A stretch of DNA of 64,000 nucleotides from Azolla caroliniana (Eukaryota; Plantae; Polypodiophyta), in NCBI GenBank assembly GCA_043228905.1, contig JBHGNT010000016.1:558001-622000 (forward strand). Direction: 5' to 3'. Positions 53,240 to 64,000 of this stretch are shown one piece after another (position 1 is the first letter of the stretch; each line of letters opens with the position of its first letter). The notes under the pieces are model-generated. The model saw only the letters and a list, made by a program, of their open reading frames with translations, was not told the origin of the DNA and did no database searches. Position numbers and translations under genes: made by a program.

Positions 53240-56200
53240 ATGGAAGGCGGCGGCAGCGCACAGCCGATGATGATGGTGCTGAATGCACAGAATTACGCCG
53301 ACTGGAAGATCAAGATGGAGGATCTTCTGATTGTTCGGGACCTGTACGAACCGATTGACAGGTCGGAAATACCGAAAGGGGTACTTGAGTCGGAGTGGAA
53401 GCTCCTGAACCGGAAAGCCGTAGCGACGATCCGACAATATGTCGATGTAAGCGTCCTACAACACGTGGCGAACGACACCAACGCATACGAGATGTGGAAG
53501 AAGCTGTCGGGCCTCTACGAGAGGAAGAATGCGTTGAACCGAACCTCCCTGATGAGGAAGATAGTGAATCTCAAGTACCGGGACGGCGAGAGTATGGTGG
53601 AACACGTAAGCACGTTCATGGGATTCGTGAATCAGCTTGCGGCGATCAAGTTCCCGTTGGAGGATGCAATGCAAGCCATCATCCTGATGTGTACATTGCC
53701 GGAAAGCTGGGAGAACTTGGTGGTGACTCTCAGCACCTCCTGCACCGAAGATAACTTGTCTCTACAAACGGTAAAGACAAGTATTCTAAATGAAGAAGCG
53801 CGTCGGAGAGATAAGGAACCGGCCTCCGACTCGAAGGCGCTGCTTACCGAATCGGAACGGGGAAGACAATGGAACCGGAGTCCGCAAAGACGGGAGAAGT
53901 CGGGGACCCGGTCGCAATCAAGAGGAAGACCCACATGCTTCCACTGTGGGAAGCCGGGGCACTTCCGGAAGAATTGTCGGCATTACCGAAAAGACAACGG
54001 AGCCGACGACACCGATTCGAAGAAGTCACCGGAGAGAAACGGTGCATACCGGGGAGCCACGGACCGGAGAGGTCCGGATCGGCGAGGGCAGGACCGGAAA
54101 GGAACGACAGCACTCGCGGCAAGTGAAGAAGAGATAATGCTCATTACCGAAGAGACGGAGCTGAACCTTGCCGGTGAGGAGATGACCTGGGTGGTCGATT
54201 CCGGAGCATCGTTCCATCTGACCCCGGAGAAGAAATACTTCTCATCCTACACAGCCGGTGAGCACGGCTGTGTCCGGATGGGAAATGAAGGTACATGCCG
54301 GATTGCCGGCATAGGAGACGTGTGGCTGATGACATCAACCGGATGCAAGATGCTGCTGAAGGATGTGCGACACGTTCCGGAGGTCCGATTGAACCTGATC
54401 TCGGCTGGGAGGCTAGATGATGAAGGCTACACGGGTAGCATCCGGAACGGTGTCATGAAGTTCAGCAAGGGGAGCCTGATAGTGGCTCGGGCCCGGAAGG
54501 TCAACACACTGTACCTGATGAATTCCCGGCTATGTCCGGAGGAGCTGAACGTGGCAGCCGACACTGCCGGTGAGCTGGGGCACAAGAGACTGTGCCACAT
54601 GAGTGAGAAAGGGATGAAGAGGCTTGCAGAAGACAACCTTATTCCAGTGAAGCATGTGCACCTGGAGAAGTGCACCGATTGCCTGGCCGGTAAGCAGAAC
54701 CGAACCTCTTTCCACTCAAGGCCACCGACGAGACGTGGCGCACCATTGGAGTTGGTGCACACTGATGTGTGTCAGGTAGAAACGAAGTCACATGGCGGAG
54801 CCCAGTACTTCGTAACCTTCATAGATGATCACAGCCGAAGACTGTGGACGGCACCGTTGAAGACAAAGGACCAAGTGTTGTCCGTCTTCAAAGAACTCCA
54901 TGCAAGAGTGGAAAGAGAATCCGGCAAGAAGCTGAAAGCGATACGAGCGGATAACGGAGGGGAATACCGGGGGCAGTTCCAGGAGTACTGTCGCTCGAAG
55001 GGAATCCGACTCGAGTTTACTGTGCCGAAGACGCCGGAACTGAACGGGCTGGCCGAGAGGATGAACCGGACCATAATGGAGAGGGTCCGGAGTATGCTGG
55101 CGCATGCGAAATTACCCAAGGGATTTTGGGCTGAGGCAATGTCGACGGCGACATATGTGATAAATAGATCACCCTCAGTACCTTTGGACGGAGACACGCC
55201 GCAGAGAGTGTGGACCGGTAGGGAAGTATCCTACCGGCATCTGAAGGTGTTCGGGTGTCTCGCATATGTGCATGTGGCAAAGGACCGGAGAGGAAAGCTA
55301 GATCCAAAGACCCGTCCATGCATATTCCTCGGTTACGGCGACGACGAGTTCGGCTACCGAGTATGGGACCCGGTCGACAAGAAGATATTCAGGAGTCGTG
55401 ATATCATCTTCATGGAGGACAAGACACTCGCCGACTGGGAGTCGGAGAAGAAGATGAAGAGCTCCAAGTCGACCGGTGAGAATCAACTCTACGAGGAGCA
55501 GTCCCGACCGACAAGGGACCGGTTAGCACTCGAGGATCCGGCCGAAGACGGTGAAGAAACAGAACCGGCCGAAGAAGATGAAAATGATACCGGAACCGTC
55601 CCCGATCCCGAAATGGATTCGGATGAAGAAGAATCGGAAGAACCGGTTACCGAAGCTCCGGAACGGAGATATCCTCTAAGAGAGAGAAGGGCCCCCCGGA
55701 GATTTCCGGAACCAGAGCACGTGCTGCTAACCGACGAGGGGGAGCCGGAGAGCTTTGAAGAAGCAAAGCATGACACCAAGAGCCGCAGGTGGTTGAGTGC
55801 CATGCAGGACGAGATGGATTCCCTGCATGAGAACCACACATATGAACTTGTGGAGTTGCCGAAAGGAAAGCGGGCACTTCGAAACAAGTGGGTGTTCAAG
55901 CTGAAACCGGGAGATGCCGGAAACCCCTCGAGATACAAAGCCAGGATCGTGGTGAAGGGGTTTCAGCAGAAGAAGGGCGTCGACTTCGACGAGATATTCG
56001 CCCCGGTAGTGAAGATGACCTCCATTCGGACGGTGCTGAGCATAGCGGCAAGCATGGACCTCGAGGTAGAACAGATGGACGTGAAGACGGCATTCCTTCA
56101 CGGTGACCTCGAAGAAGAGATATACATGCAGCAACCGGAAGGATTCGAGAAGAAAGGGAAGGAGCACCTGGTATGCCGGTTGAAGAAGAGCCTTTACGGA

Positions 56201-57313
56201 CTGAAGCAGGCTCCCCGGCAATGGTACCGGAAGTTCGACTCCTTCATGACCGACGAAGGGTACCTCAAAACGCAGTCCGACCACTGCGTGTTTGTGAAGA
56301 AGTTCGAAGGAGGAGACTTTCTAATACTCCTCCTGTACGTGGACGACATGTTGATCGTCGGACGGGACCAGGTCAAGATACGGATGCTGAAGAAGGCTCT
56401 TCACCGAACCTTCTCAATGAAGGACCTGGGTCAGGCGAGGCAAATATTAGGGATGCACATCATCCGGGACCGGAAGAAGAAGCAGTTGTGGCTGTCACAG
56501 GAGAAGTACGTAACGAAGGTGCTTCACCGGTTCAACATGTCGGAGGCGAGACCGGTCGGATCGACCCTCCCGGCAAACTGCAAGCTGTCCAGCAAGCAAA
56601 GCCCCAAGACAAAGGCTGAAAAGGAGGATATGATGAAAGTGCCGTATGCCTCAGCCGTCGGGAGCTTGATGTACGCCATGGTGTGTACGAGACCGGACAT
56701 CGGATATGCAGTCGGAGTGGTGAGCCGGTACATGAGCAATCCCGGCAAAGAGCATTGGAACGCGATCAAATGGATACTGCGATACCTGAAGGGCACAGCG
56801 AATGTGTGCCTCCGATTCGGCTCCGGTAAACCCGAACTCGACGGTTTCACCGATTCGGATATGTCGGCTGATGCAGATACCAGCCGGTCCACGTCAGGGT
56901 ATGTGATGACGTATGCAGGGGGAGCCGTTTCGTGGCAGTCGAGGCTGCAGAAGACGGTTGCGTTGTCAACCACGGAGGCGGAGTACATGGCAGCTGTTGA
57001 AGCCGGCAAGGAAGTAATATGGATGAAGGACTTCATTAGAGAGCTCGGTATCCGGCAGGAGGAGTACCGACTCTACTGCGACAGTCAAAGTGCAATCCAC
57101 CTTGCGAAGAACGCGGCCTATCACTCCCGGACGAAGCACATCCAGCGAAGATATCACTGGATCCGGGAAAGGATAGAAGACAAGGAGTTCGTGCTGACAA
57201 AGATCCACACGGACGAGAACGGGTCGGATATGCTGACCAAGGTGCTCACACCCGACAAGCTGGAAGCATGCCGGAAGAGGATCGGATTGGAGAGACATCC
57301 CATGCCGAAGTGA
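53240..57313 (+). CDS. Gag-Pol polyprotein of copia F (1357 aa)
   Basis: Single open frame from ATG 53240: gag with CFHCGKPGHFRKNC, PR WVVDSGAS, INT (HKRLCH, CTDC, D-D-E), RT YVDD, RNase H (DSD, EAEY, CDSQ, DMLTK). Confidence 0.95.
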   Translation: MEGGGSAQPMMMVLNAQNYADWKIKMEDLLIVRDLYEPIDRSEIPKGVLESEWKLLNRKAVATIRQYVDVSVLQHVANDTNAYEMWKKLSGLYERKNALNRTSLMRKIVNLKYRDGESMVEHVSTFMGFVNQLAAIKFPLEDAMQAIILMCTLPESWENLVVTLSTSCTEDNLSLQTVKTSILNEEARRRDKEPASDSKALLTESERGRQWNRSPQRREKSGTRSQSRGRPTCFHCGKPGHFRKNCRHYRKDNGADDTDSKKSPERNGAYRGATDRRGPDRRGQDRKGTTALAASEEEIMLITEETELNLAGEEMTWVVDSGASFHLTPEKKYFSSYTAGEHGCVRMGNEGTCRIAGIGDVWLMTSTGCKMLLKDVRHVPEVRLNLISAGRLDDEGYTGSIRNGVMKFSKGSLIVARARKVNTLYLMNSRLCPEELNVAADTAGELGHKRLCHMSEKGMKRLAEDNLIPVKHVHLEKCTDCLAGKQNRTSFHSRPPTRRGAPLELVHTDVCQVETKSHGGAQYFVTFIDDHSRRLWTAPLKTKDQVLSVFKELHARVERESGKKLKAIRADNGGEYRGQFQEYCRSKGIRLEFTVPKTPELNGLAERMNRTIMERVRSMLAHAKLPKGFWAEAMSTATYVINRSPSVPLDGDTPQRVWTGREVSYRHLKVFGCLAYVHVAKDRRGKLDPKTRPCIFLGYGDDEFGYRVWDPVDKKIFRSRDIIFMEDKTLADWESEKKMKSSKSTGENQLYEEQSRPTRDRLALEDPAEDGEETEPAEEDENDTGTVPDPEMDSDEEESEEPVTEAPERRYPLRERRAPRRFPEPEHVLLTDEGEPESFEEAKHDTKSRRWLSAMQDEMDSLHENHTYELVELPKGKRALRNKWVFKLKPGDAGNPSRYKARIVVKGFQQKKGVDFDEIFAPVVKMTSIRTVLSIAASMDLEVEQMDVKTAFLHGDLEEEIYMQQPEGFEKKGKEHLVCRLKKSLYGLKQAPRQWYRKFDSFMTDEGYLKTQSDHCVFVKKFEGGDFLILLLYVDDMLIVGRDQVKIRMLKKALHRTFSMKDLGQARQILGMHIIRDRKKKQLWLSQEKYVTKVLHRFNMSEARPVGSTLPANCKLSSKQSPKTKAEKEDMMKVPYASAVGSLMYAMVCTRPDIGYAVGVVSRYMSNPGKEHWNAIKWILRYLKGTANVCLRFGSGKPELDGFTDSDMSADADTSRSTSGYVMTYAGGAVSWQSRLQKTVALSTTEAEYMAAVEAGKEVIWMKDFIRELGIRQEEYRLYCDSQSAIHLAKNAAYHSRTKHIQRRYHWIRERIEDKEFVLTKIHTDENGSDMLTKVLTPDKLEACRKRIGLERHPMPK

Positions 57314-60300
57314 AGGGGGAGTTTGTTGGGATTTCGGTCCCTCCGGATGGGATGTCCGGAGATGAATGACGGCAAGCCCGGTTGCGGTTACGGAACCGGA
57401 TGATGAATAGTACCCGGCGTGAAGCCGGATGAAGAGACCCTGACTACGGAGCCGGATGCTGAAGACCCCGGTTACGGAGCCGGATGACGAAGACCCGGCT
57501 ACGGAGCCGGATGCTGAAGACCCCGGTTACGGAGCCGGATGACGAAGACCCGGCTACGGAGCCGGATGATGAAGATTCCGGTTACGGAGCCGGATGACGA
57601 ATGTACCCTGAGAGAGATCCGGATGCGGGGACATATTTGTGAATATGTTTGCCAAGAGCCCCTTGAGGCTATATTTGTAAATAGCCCGAAAGTCATATGT
57701 GTATAAATATGACTTAGGGCAAACAGTTTTTGTGGTTGCTTATTTTTCTGTTTTTCACCTAGAGAGAGTGAAGAGAGCAGCCGCGAGAGAGGGAGAGAGA
57801 GAGAGAGACGAAGAGGTCGTTGCCTCTGTGTATTACCGCCGCCTGTGGCGAAGACAGTGAGCTCAAGGTTGTTGCCTTGAAGCTTCACCATTGTACATCC
57901 CTGTTCATAGTGATAGTTGGAGTTTGAGGACTCCCATGGTTTTTCCCATTTAGGGTTTTCCACGAAAAATATCCTGTGTACTCTTCTCTCTACAGTCTCC
58001 GTGTACATTGTATTTCCTATTTTCTGTGAGTTGATCCTATTCCTCGGTTGTGGCCGAGCATCGTTTTACAACACTATCCACCGGAGCATTGCTAGGTTCG
58101 GCGTGGCGCATCCGGAAACCATGCCGAGTATCGGCAGACAGTCTGTCTTGATGATAACCTCCGTCCCGATTAGATAGTCCCTGTCAGCCTTGACTGCCGA
58201 AACGATACCCCATAGTTCGCGCTTGACTTGGGCGTATCCTTGTTGTCGCTTGCTTAATACCTTCGCCCCGAACCGGATCGGGAACCATGCGCCGTCCTCG
58301 TCCTCCTGGTTGATCACCCACCCGATCCCGGTTGGGCTCGTGTCCACCATTACGTAGATGGGAACCCCCTTACCGTAAACCGCTTTATGGAGAGCTGGCG
58401 CTACCGTAAGCGCCTCCTTTAGTCTCCGGACCGACTCTGTGTGCTCCATTCTCCACTCAAATCTACGCCCCTTTTTCAATAGTCCGTAGAGGGGTTCCGT
58501 GACATGTGCGTAGTGTGGGATCCATATGTGGTAGAACGCGCATGCCCCCAAGAATCTGCGGACCTCCGTGACCGACCCGCAATCGTTCCTCATCGCGGAG
58601 ATGGCCTCTATCTTTGCCAGAGACGGTTTCCTACCGTAAGGCCCGCACAGGTGTCCAACCACCAAGATCTCCGACTGCCCGAACGCCGATTTTTCTCCGA
58701 AGAAGGTGAGTCATGCGCTTTCGAGCCTCTGCAGCACCTTCTCGCAGTCATTGATGTGGTTCACGACGAACCTCCGGCATCCGTCTGGCCCGACTGTCTC
58801 GTCCGCATCATCCACCGGACACCCTTTTATCGGGATGTGGTCCAAGAATGGCATGGTGATGTCCGGGATGCAGTCCCTCAGCACCTTGTTCATTGCGTTC
58901 ACCATATGCGCCACCGAGTTCGTCCCGCCTTGTGGTAGGGTACACATCCGTACTAGACTGAGAGGAGTTCGCATCGTCGTGATATCCCTGCTCTCCACGG
59001 CTAGTTGGAACTGGTCGTACCCTGAGTACAGATCACCGACAAAGTAAATCAACCTTCCGGCGAAGGCCTCCGTGAATTCGTCTATGGTCGATCCGATTCC
59101 TGTGTTACGGATGGTCACTTTTTTGACCGGTTACAGGTCCTGAATGAAGCGCAATCCGATTCGAATACGGGGCACTCGACGGTTCGAGGATGCCCATCTC
59201 CACCTTTTGCTTCAGAAGCTCCATCAACTTCGGGATGTGAGCTCTCGGCACCGGAATCGGTTTGAGATTCCACGGTACATGCGGTACCGTGAAGATCACC
59301 ATCGGTTCGACGATCGTCGGGTCCACGCACCCGATCTCCTCCGGCGAGAACGCGAAGGCTTTCCCATGCCTTCCGAGCATTCTCCGAAACCTGTTCTCCT
59401 TCGCTGGCAGTAGAAAGCCACCCCCATCAACCTTGAGCTCTCGTAGCGTTATGTCGGTGAACCGGTGCCCTATGCTAGCCGGATTTCGTAAACTCGGGTT
59501 CGACGCGACCCCTGTTATCCGCTCCTCGCTGCCCCCCGGCAAGGGTGCCGCGATTGGCCTCACCTTCCGGTCCACAATCTTGTACTTTGTATCTACGCGG
59601 GCCGTCCGATCTGACTCAATCCTCATACATTCCCATCAAACCTACTGGAACAGTCCGTTCTTCTCTAAGGTCTTCACCGACCACCTTTCGCAACTCGCCC
59701 AAGGTGTCATCAAAAGAGACTGCCTCCACGGCGCCGCTGATCTCTTTGTCAGGGGAGAGGACTCCACATGCCCTGAGCCGCTCCTCCGCTCGCTTCCTTT
59801 CCCGGCCGCTGACGCCGGCCATAGTACAACCTCTGTTGTCGGAGAACCAAAATATCCTACCTATGGTACAAGTCTTCTTTCGTACTATACATTTGTGGGG
59901 TTTTTCCGGGTTGTCCGGACTATCGCGGCCCCACGCCTTGATAGCCCTCTCTAAAAATCCCCTCGGGTTTTGCCGCCGAGGGCCTCGCGGTTATGCTCAT
60001 GGTTTGGTCACACCGTCAGGAATTGGACCGAGTGACGCCCGTCCTGGCTCTTGAATCTTGCATAGGCTGAACCGTTGTCCAGCACCTTGGTCTCCATCCG
60101 TGCCGCCGTGATGTATGGCTCTCCTAGTATAACCGGATGCGAGGACGTCTCCTGCACGAAGAAGTGTTGGTCGATCTCGACATCGCCGATTTTCACCCGT
60201 ATGTTCGGACAAGCTCCGTGTAGTTCTTCTGTGGCGCGCGTCGCTGCCTGTATTTTCCAGCCATGCTTGGTGTTGATCAGCCATTTACCCCTCTTGTAGA

Positions 60301-60420
60301 AATCCATGGACATCAGGTTGATTTCGAATCCATGGTCTACCAAGGCCACCACCGATTCCGGAACGTCGCCGATCCGCACAGGGGTTTCTGTAGTTGCCCT
60401 AGCCCATTGCGGCTTCGCGT

Positions 60421-61239
60421 TGTCGTGCCTTTCGACTCCGGATCGTTGCGTGAGTCGGGTGGGAACCACAGAGGTCTTGGACTAGGAGAAAGAAGTTCGT
60501 GAGATAGAGATTAATTATGAGTAAATAGCAAAGAGAAAGATAAGAAACTCGTGAATCACACGAGGATACTATATTAATTGGTACTTAGGGTGTTAAGAGA
60601 GAAGTAGATGTATAAATCGTGAATCCCACGAATAAATTTTGTATTGATTAATTCTTAATCCAAATAATCAACAACCCTTTACATATTTCTCTCCTCCTTA
60701 TATAAGGAAGGAAGAGCTAAGCATGGCTTCATGCTTTTTTTTTTTTTTTTACAAAAAGTGTTCATGTGATGCTTTTTTATTTCCTAAGTATAGGGCTCAT
60801 GCACGCTAGATGTGCATGAGTTATTTTTAGTGTCTCGTGTTTTCTTTTTCTTATATTAAAAAAATACACGATTTACCTTTTAATAAAGGTATGCATAAAT
60901 AAAGGTCTTATACGTACTAAATCTATATTTAAAACACTTAAGATAAGTTAATGTAATGGTAAGGTTGAGGTTTGTCAACGTGGAGGTGCAGAGTTCGAAT
61001 CACGCCCTGCGCAGTAGTGAGTATTTCCTTTCTTTTTACATTTATGTCTCTTTATCCGGCTCTTCCTTGCCGGTATGCCGTTTTCTTCCTTGCCGGTATG
61101 CCGTTTTCCTCCTTGCCGGTATGCCGTTTTTCCTCCTTGCCGGTATGCCGTTTTCTTCCGGTTCTCACCGAGCACTCCATTCTCTATCCGGAGGGACAAA
61201 AATATAATTTCCACATAGTGTGCAACCTACACTACGACA
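60421..61239. mobile_element. Solo LTR G (819 bp) inserted in the gag-protease region of D
   Basis: Ends TGTCGT...ACGACA with a 4-bp TSD GCGT at 60417-60420 and 61240-61243. Removing it restores D's frame ...ELAESHYAKPQWARATTE. Contains about four copies of CCTTGCCGGTATGCCGTTTTC at ~61064-61157. Confidence 0.9.
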
Positions 61240-62995
61240 GCGTAGTGGCTTTCCGCCAACTCGTCTTCTAGGGTCGCGTCTTCTAAGTGCGTAGTCCGCA
61301 CCTCCACCGACTTCTTGGGTTATGGCTCCGTCGAGAGCCTCTTTCACTTCACAAAGTCTACGATGGAGTCATGGAACTCCCTCTTGGCGATTCCCAACAC
61401 CTCCCGCAATGATAGCTCCACTTTACTGTCGAGGATCCGCTCTTCAAGGACCTTCCGTAGGTCCGTTGCTCTCTCGATTTCGGTGCTCAACCGAAACCCT
61501 GCCCGCTTCTTTCCGACCGGCACGCTTGGGTTGTCGGCACCGATCGGTTTCGGTCTGAACCGAGTCTCGTACCTTTGCGGGGGACTGACCCCCCCGGCCT
61601 TTCCTGCCCGTTTGTCTTCCACTAGAACCTCGTAGTTCTGGCAAGTGGCTTCTACGAAGCCCGTTTTCTCTTCGACCAGATCGTCCCAACCGGTGACCTC
61701 TTGGACCTGCTGTTCTGCGCGATTCGCCTCTTCCTTCTTCAGCCGAACTCCGGACAGGCCTTCTAGCACTAGCGGCCCGAATCCGGAGTCCTTCGCCTTC
61801 CGGGTCTCATCACCCCCGACCCGAATTCCCGCCGACACTGAGTAGTTAACGACTTCAACGTGCCGTGCCGCGCCCTCTTCCATCAACCTCTTCATTCCGC
61901 TGCACCCCGTATTCAGTTCTAGGGCTCTCCGGGTCTCGCTCGCATGCACCCGCCCGTTCCATAGGTACACCACGTTGGTCCTGAGCGCGTCGGCAAAATC
62001 CGTGCAATCCCTCCAAATGTGACCGATCGCATCACACCGCATGCACCATTGCCCAGCCGGCGGCCTCCGGTCGCGAGGTTGTTCGCCGCTATCTCTCCGG
62101 GCCTGTGCGATCTGCAAGTCGCACACCATCTGTGTCAGCTCCTCCAGAGCCGCTCCTCCGGATGGGCCTCTGACCACGTCATTCGATGCCAACCCCGACT
62201 CTAGCCAGATTCGGGTCTCTTCCATCCTACCGTCCGGCACCGATACCGGCTCCTCAAGCCTCCTCCCCGGGACCAACTCTGACCCCAACGAGCTTCCGTC
62301 GCTCCAATCGCGCTGTTTGTCAAAACGGTTGCAGACCCGTTTTACCGCGACCCAGTCTGCCATGAGCCCTTCGTCCGTTTCCAATAGGGGACCCACCTTT
62401 TCCCTGTCGAGCACATCCACCAACTTGACAAACAGTAGTACTCGACTCGTTTCAAGCATGGTCCGGTCCAACGTCGACAGTCGCGCGAGCGAACTGTTTT
62501 TCGAACTCCTGGAGGAGCGCCAAGGTGTTCCTCCCTTTTCCGAGGCTTTCCACCCACGCCATGAAGCGAGTCGTCAAACCCGTACTTCTCGAGGAGCTGC
62601 AGCTCGAACTCCTCCCAAGTTTGGCATCCGGCCAACACCTCGAGCACCTCCGCGTGGATGCTTGGCGTCACCACCCGAGGGAATCCGGACAGCCGCCTGT
62701 CCTCCGGGATATCCCTCATGATCATTTTGGCCCGGTAAGCCTCCAAATAACTTGTGGCGTCTTTCCCTCCGAACCGGCCTATAGTGCCAACGATTGATTC
62801 GATGGCTCTATCGAGGGTACCCGTCCCCTCGCGAGCGCTTACCAGCCGGTCGACGGCTACCGCCATTGCCTCTGCTAGCTCTGATCCCCTCATCTTTCGA
62901 CTCCTTTGCCGCCTGTTCACATCAGGTTCACCAAAGATGTCGCGAAGTTTGCGTTCGCGTGTAGGAAGAGGCGGGATCATGGGGGTCTTGGACCA

Positions 62996-63047
<52 letters not shown>

Positions 63048-64000
63048 CACAGGGAGAAGTTAAGAGCAAGAAACAAGAATCTGATTACTATAATCAATAG
63101 CTTACAACTCGAACAATTACAACTGGCAACTCGATAATGGACCTGACACGGGGTCCTACTCACGCACTCCGACGACGGTCACACGACTCGAAGAAACAAG
63201 GGGGGAAAAGGGGAAGGAGAGAGACTCTGCTGGAAGCACACGAGCTATCCACGAAGCAGAGGCAGCGAACTCCCGACACCCGTAGAGAACGACGATCGGA
63301 GGAGAGAGAGAGCTCGGCACTCGATTCTGCAACAACACTTCGTCCTCGCCAACGTGCGATCCCCCTTTCCTCCTTCTCTCCTCTCCTTAAATAGTTCCCC
63401 CCAAAAAGGGGGTGCCTCCTTTCCCTAGTTAAACCGCTTTATTCATTGTCCCTTTCGACAGAGATACGCACAATCCCTCAATAAATGTGTACTACTTAGT
63501 ATTTACATCAGCCGATCCATTTATGAATCATGTACAAAATATCAAAATATCAATTCATGTGCCCATCCGTGTAAGAGCCGGTTCATGCGCCTTTTTCTCC
63601 GATTCCGCCTATGCCCAGTTTTCTTCACGACAACGTAACCATGTGATAGGCCACATGGTCCTACTACGAAAAGTTGGCTACTATTGGCTTGACCATTAGG
63701 TTGCTCTTTATGGTATGCCATTGTAATGATGAGACTTGAGGTTGGGTAACGTACTAACATAGTTGTCTAGTTAACGAGGGGGAAATGAACTTTCAAGAGT
63801 GTTACCCTCGTAAGAATATATGGGGAGGCATAAGGGTAGGTGTAATGATGTGGTTGATGTGTATGTGTAAAGTAAATGAGTTTGTGAGGATGAGTATGTG
63901 TATGGACACATGCACAATTATGTGCATGTGTACAAGAATGTGTAACAATCTTATTTATAACGGTCATGTAACCGTTACATTGGATGTATTATATAAACCC

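Larger units (their letters stand above)
52461..58073 (+). mobile_element. Intact young Ty1/copia element F (Tnt1/Tork-like) inserted at the RNase H/integrase junction of D
   Basis: 750-bp LTRs at 52461-53210 and 57324-58073 with only two differences seen by eye. TSD CTATC at 52456-52460 and 58074-58078. PBS TGGTATCAGAGC at 53214-53225, PPT AAGGGGGAG at ~57313-57321. Confidence 0.97.
44496..63632 (-). mobile_element. Full-length decayed Ty3/gypsy element D (tRNA-Trp PBS, no evident chromodomain) hosting E, F and solo LTR G
   Basis: 5' LTR at 62938-63632; 3' LTR at 44496-50861, split by E. Ends TGTCG...CGACA. PBS at 62916-62933, PPT at ~50862-50875. Domain order: gag (ATG 62893, CMRCDAIGHIWRDC), PR (ALVDHGFEIN), RT (DLYSGYDQ, LPQGGTNS, FLDH), RNase H (VDTS), INT (H..WAGH, CESC). 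Flanks are ATGT/ACGT. Confidence 0.92.

Noticed and set aside
52636-58008. Identical 169-aa antisense ORFs at 52636-53145 and 57499-58008
   Set aside because: They are the two copies of the F LTR, so the identity reflects LTR duplication rather than a gene.

Overview
Plant nuclear DNA, probably from a non-seed land plant (an inference from transposon and gene style). It falls into four zones. (1) 1-14.5 kb: a ~189-bp tandem satellite of about 75 monomers with an abrupt subfamily switch at ~4.55 kb and local higher-order repeats; a Ty1/copia LTR is inserted at its left edge. (2) 14.5-17.4 kb: decayed retroelement pieces, including a LINE 3' end with an inverted 5' segment and a Penelope-like RT fragment directly preceded by plant telomeric repeats. 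(3) 19-29.7 kb: two convergent genes. One is a 13-exon class IV HD-ZIP gene whose homeodomain-zipper module is tandemly duplicated in frame ahead of a single START/SAD region; this is the most notable observation. The other is an intronless, low-complexity MAKR/BKI1-like gene. (4) 32-63.6 kb: nested LTR retrotransposons with resolvable target-site duplications (TSDs). Copia B sits in copia A, which sits in an older LTR. A tRNA-Trp-primed gypsy element hosts copia E, a young intact copia F and a solo LTR. All coordinates and identities were read by eye; no database searches were run.
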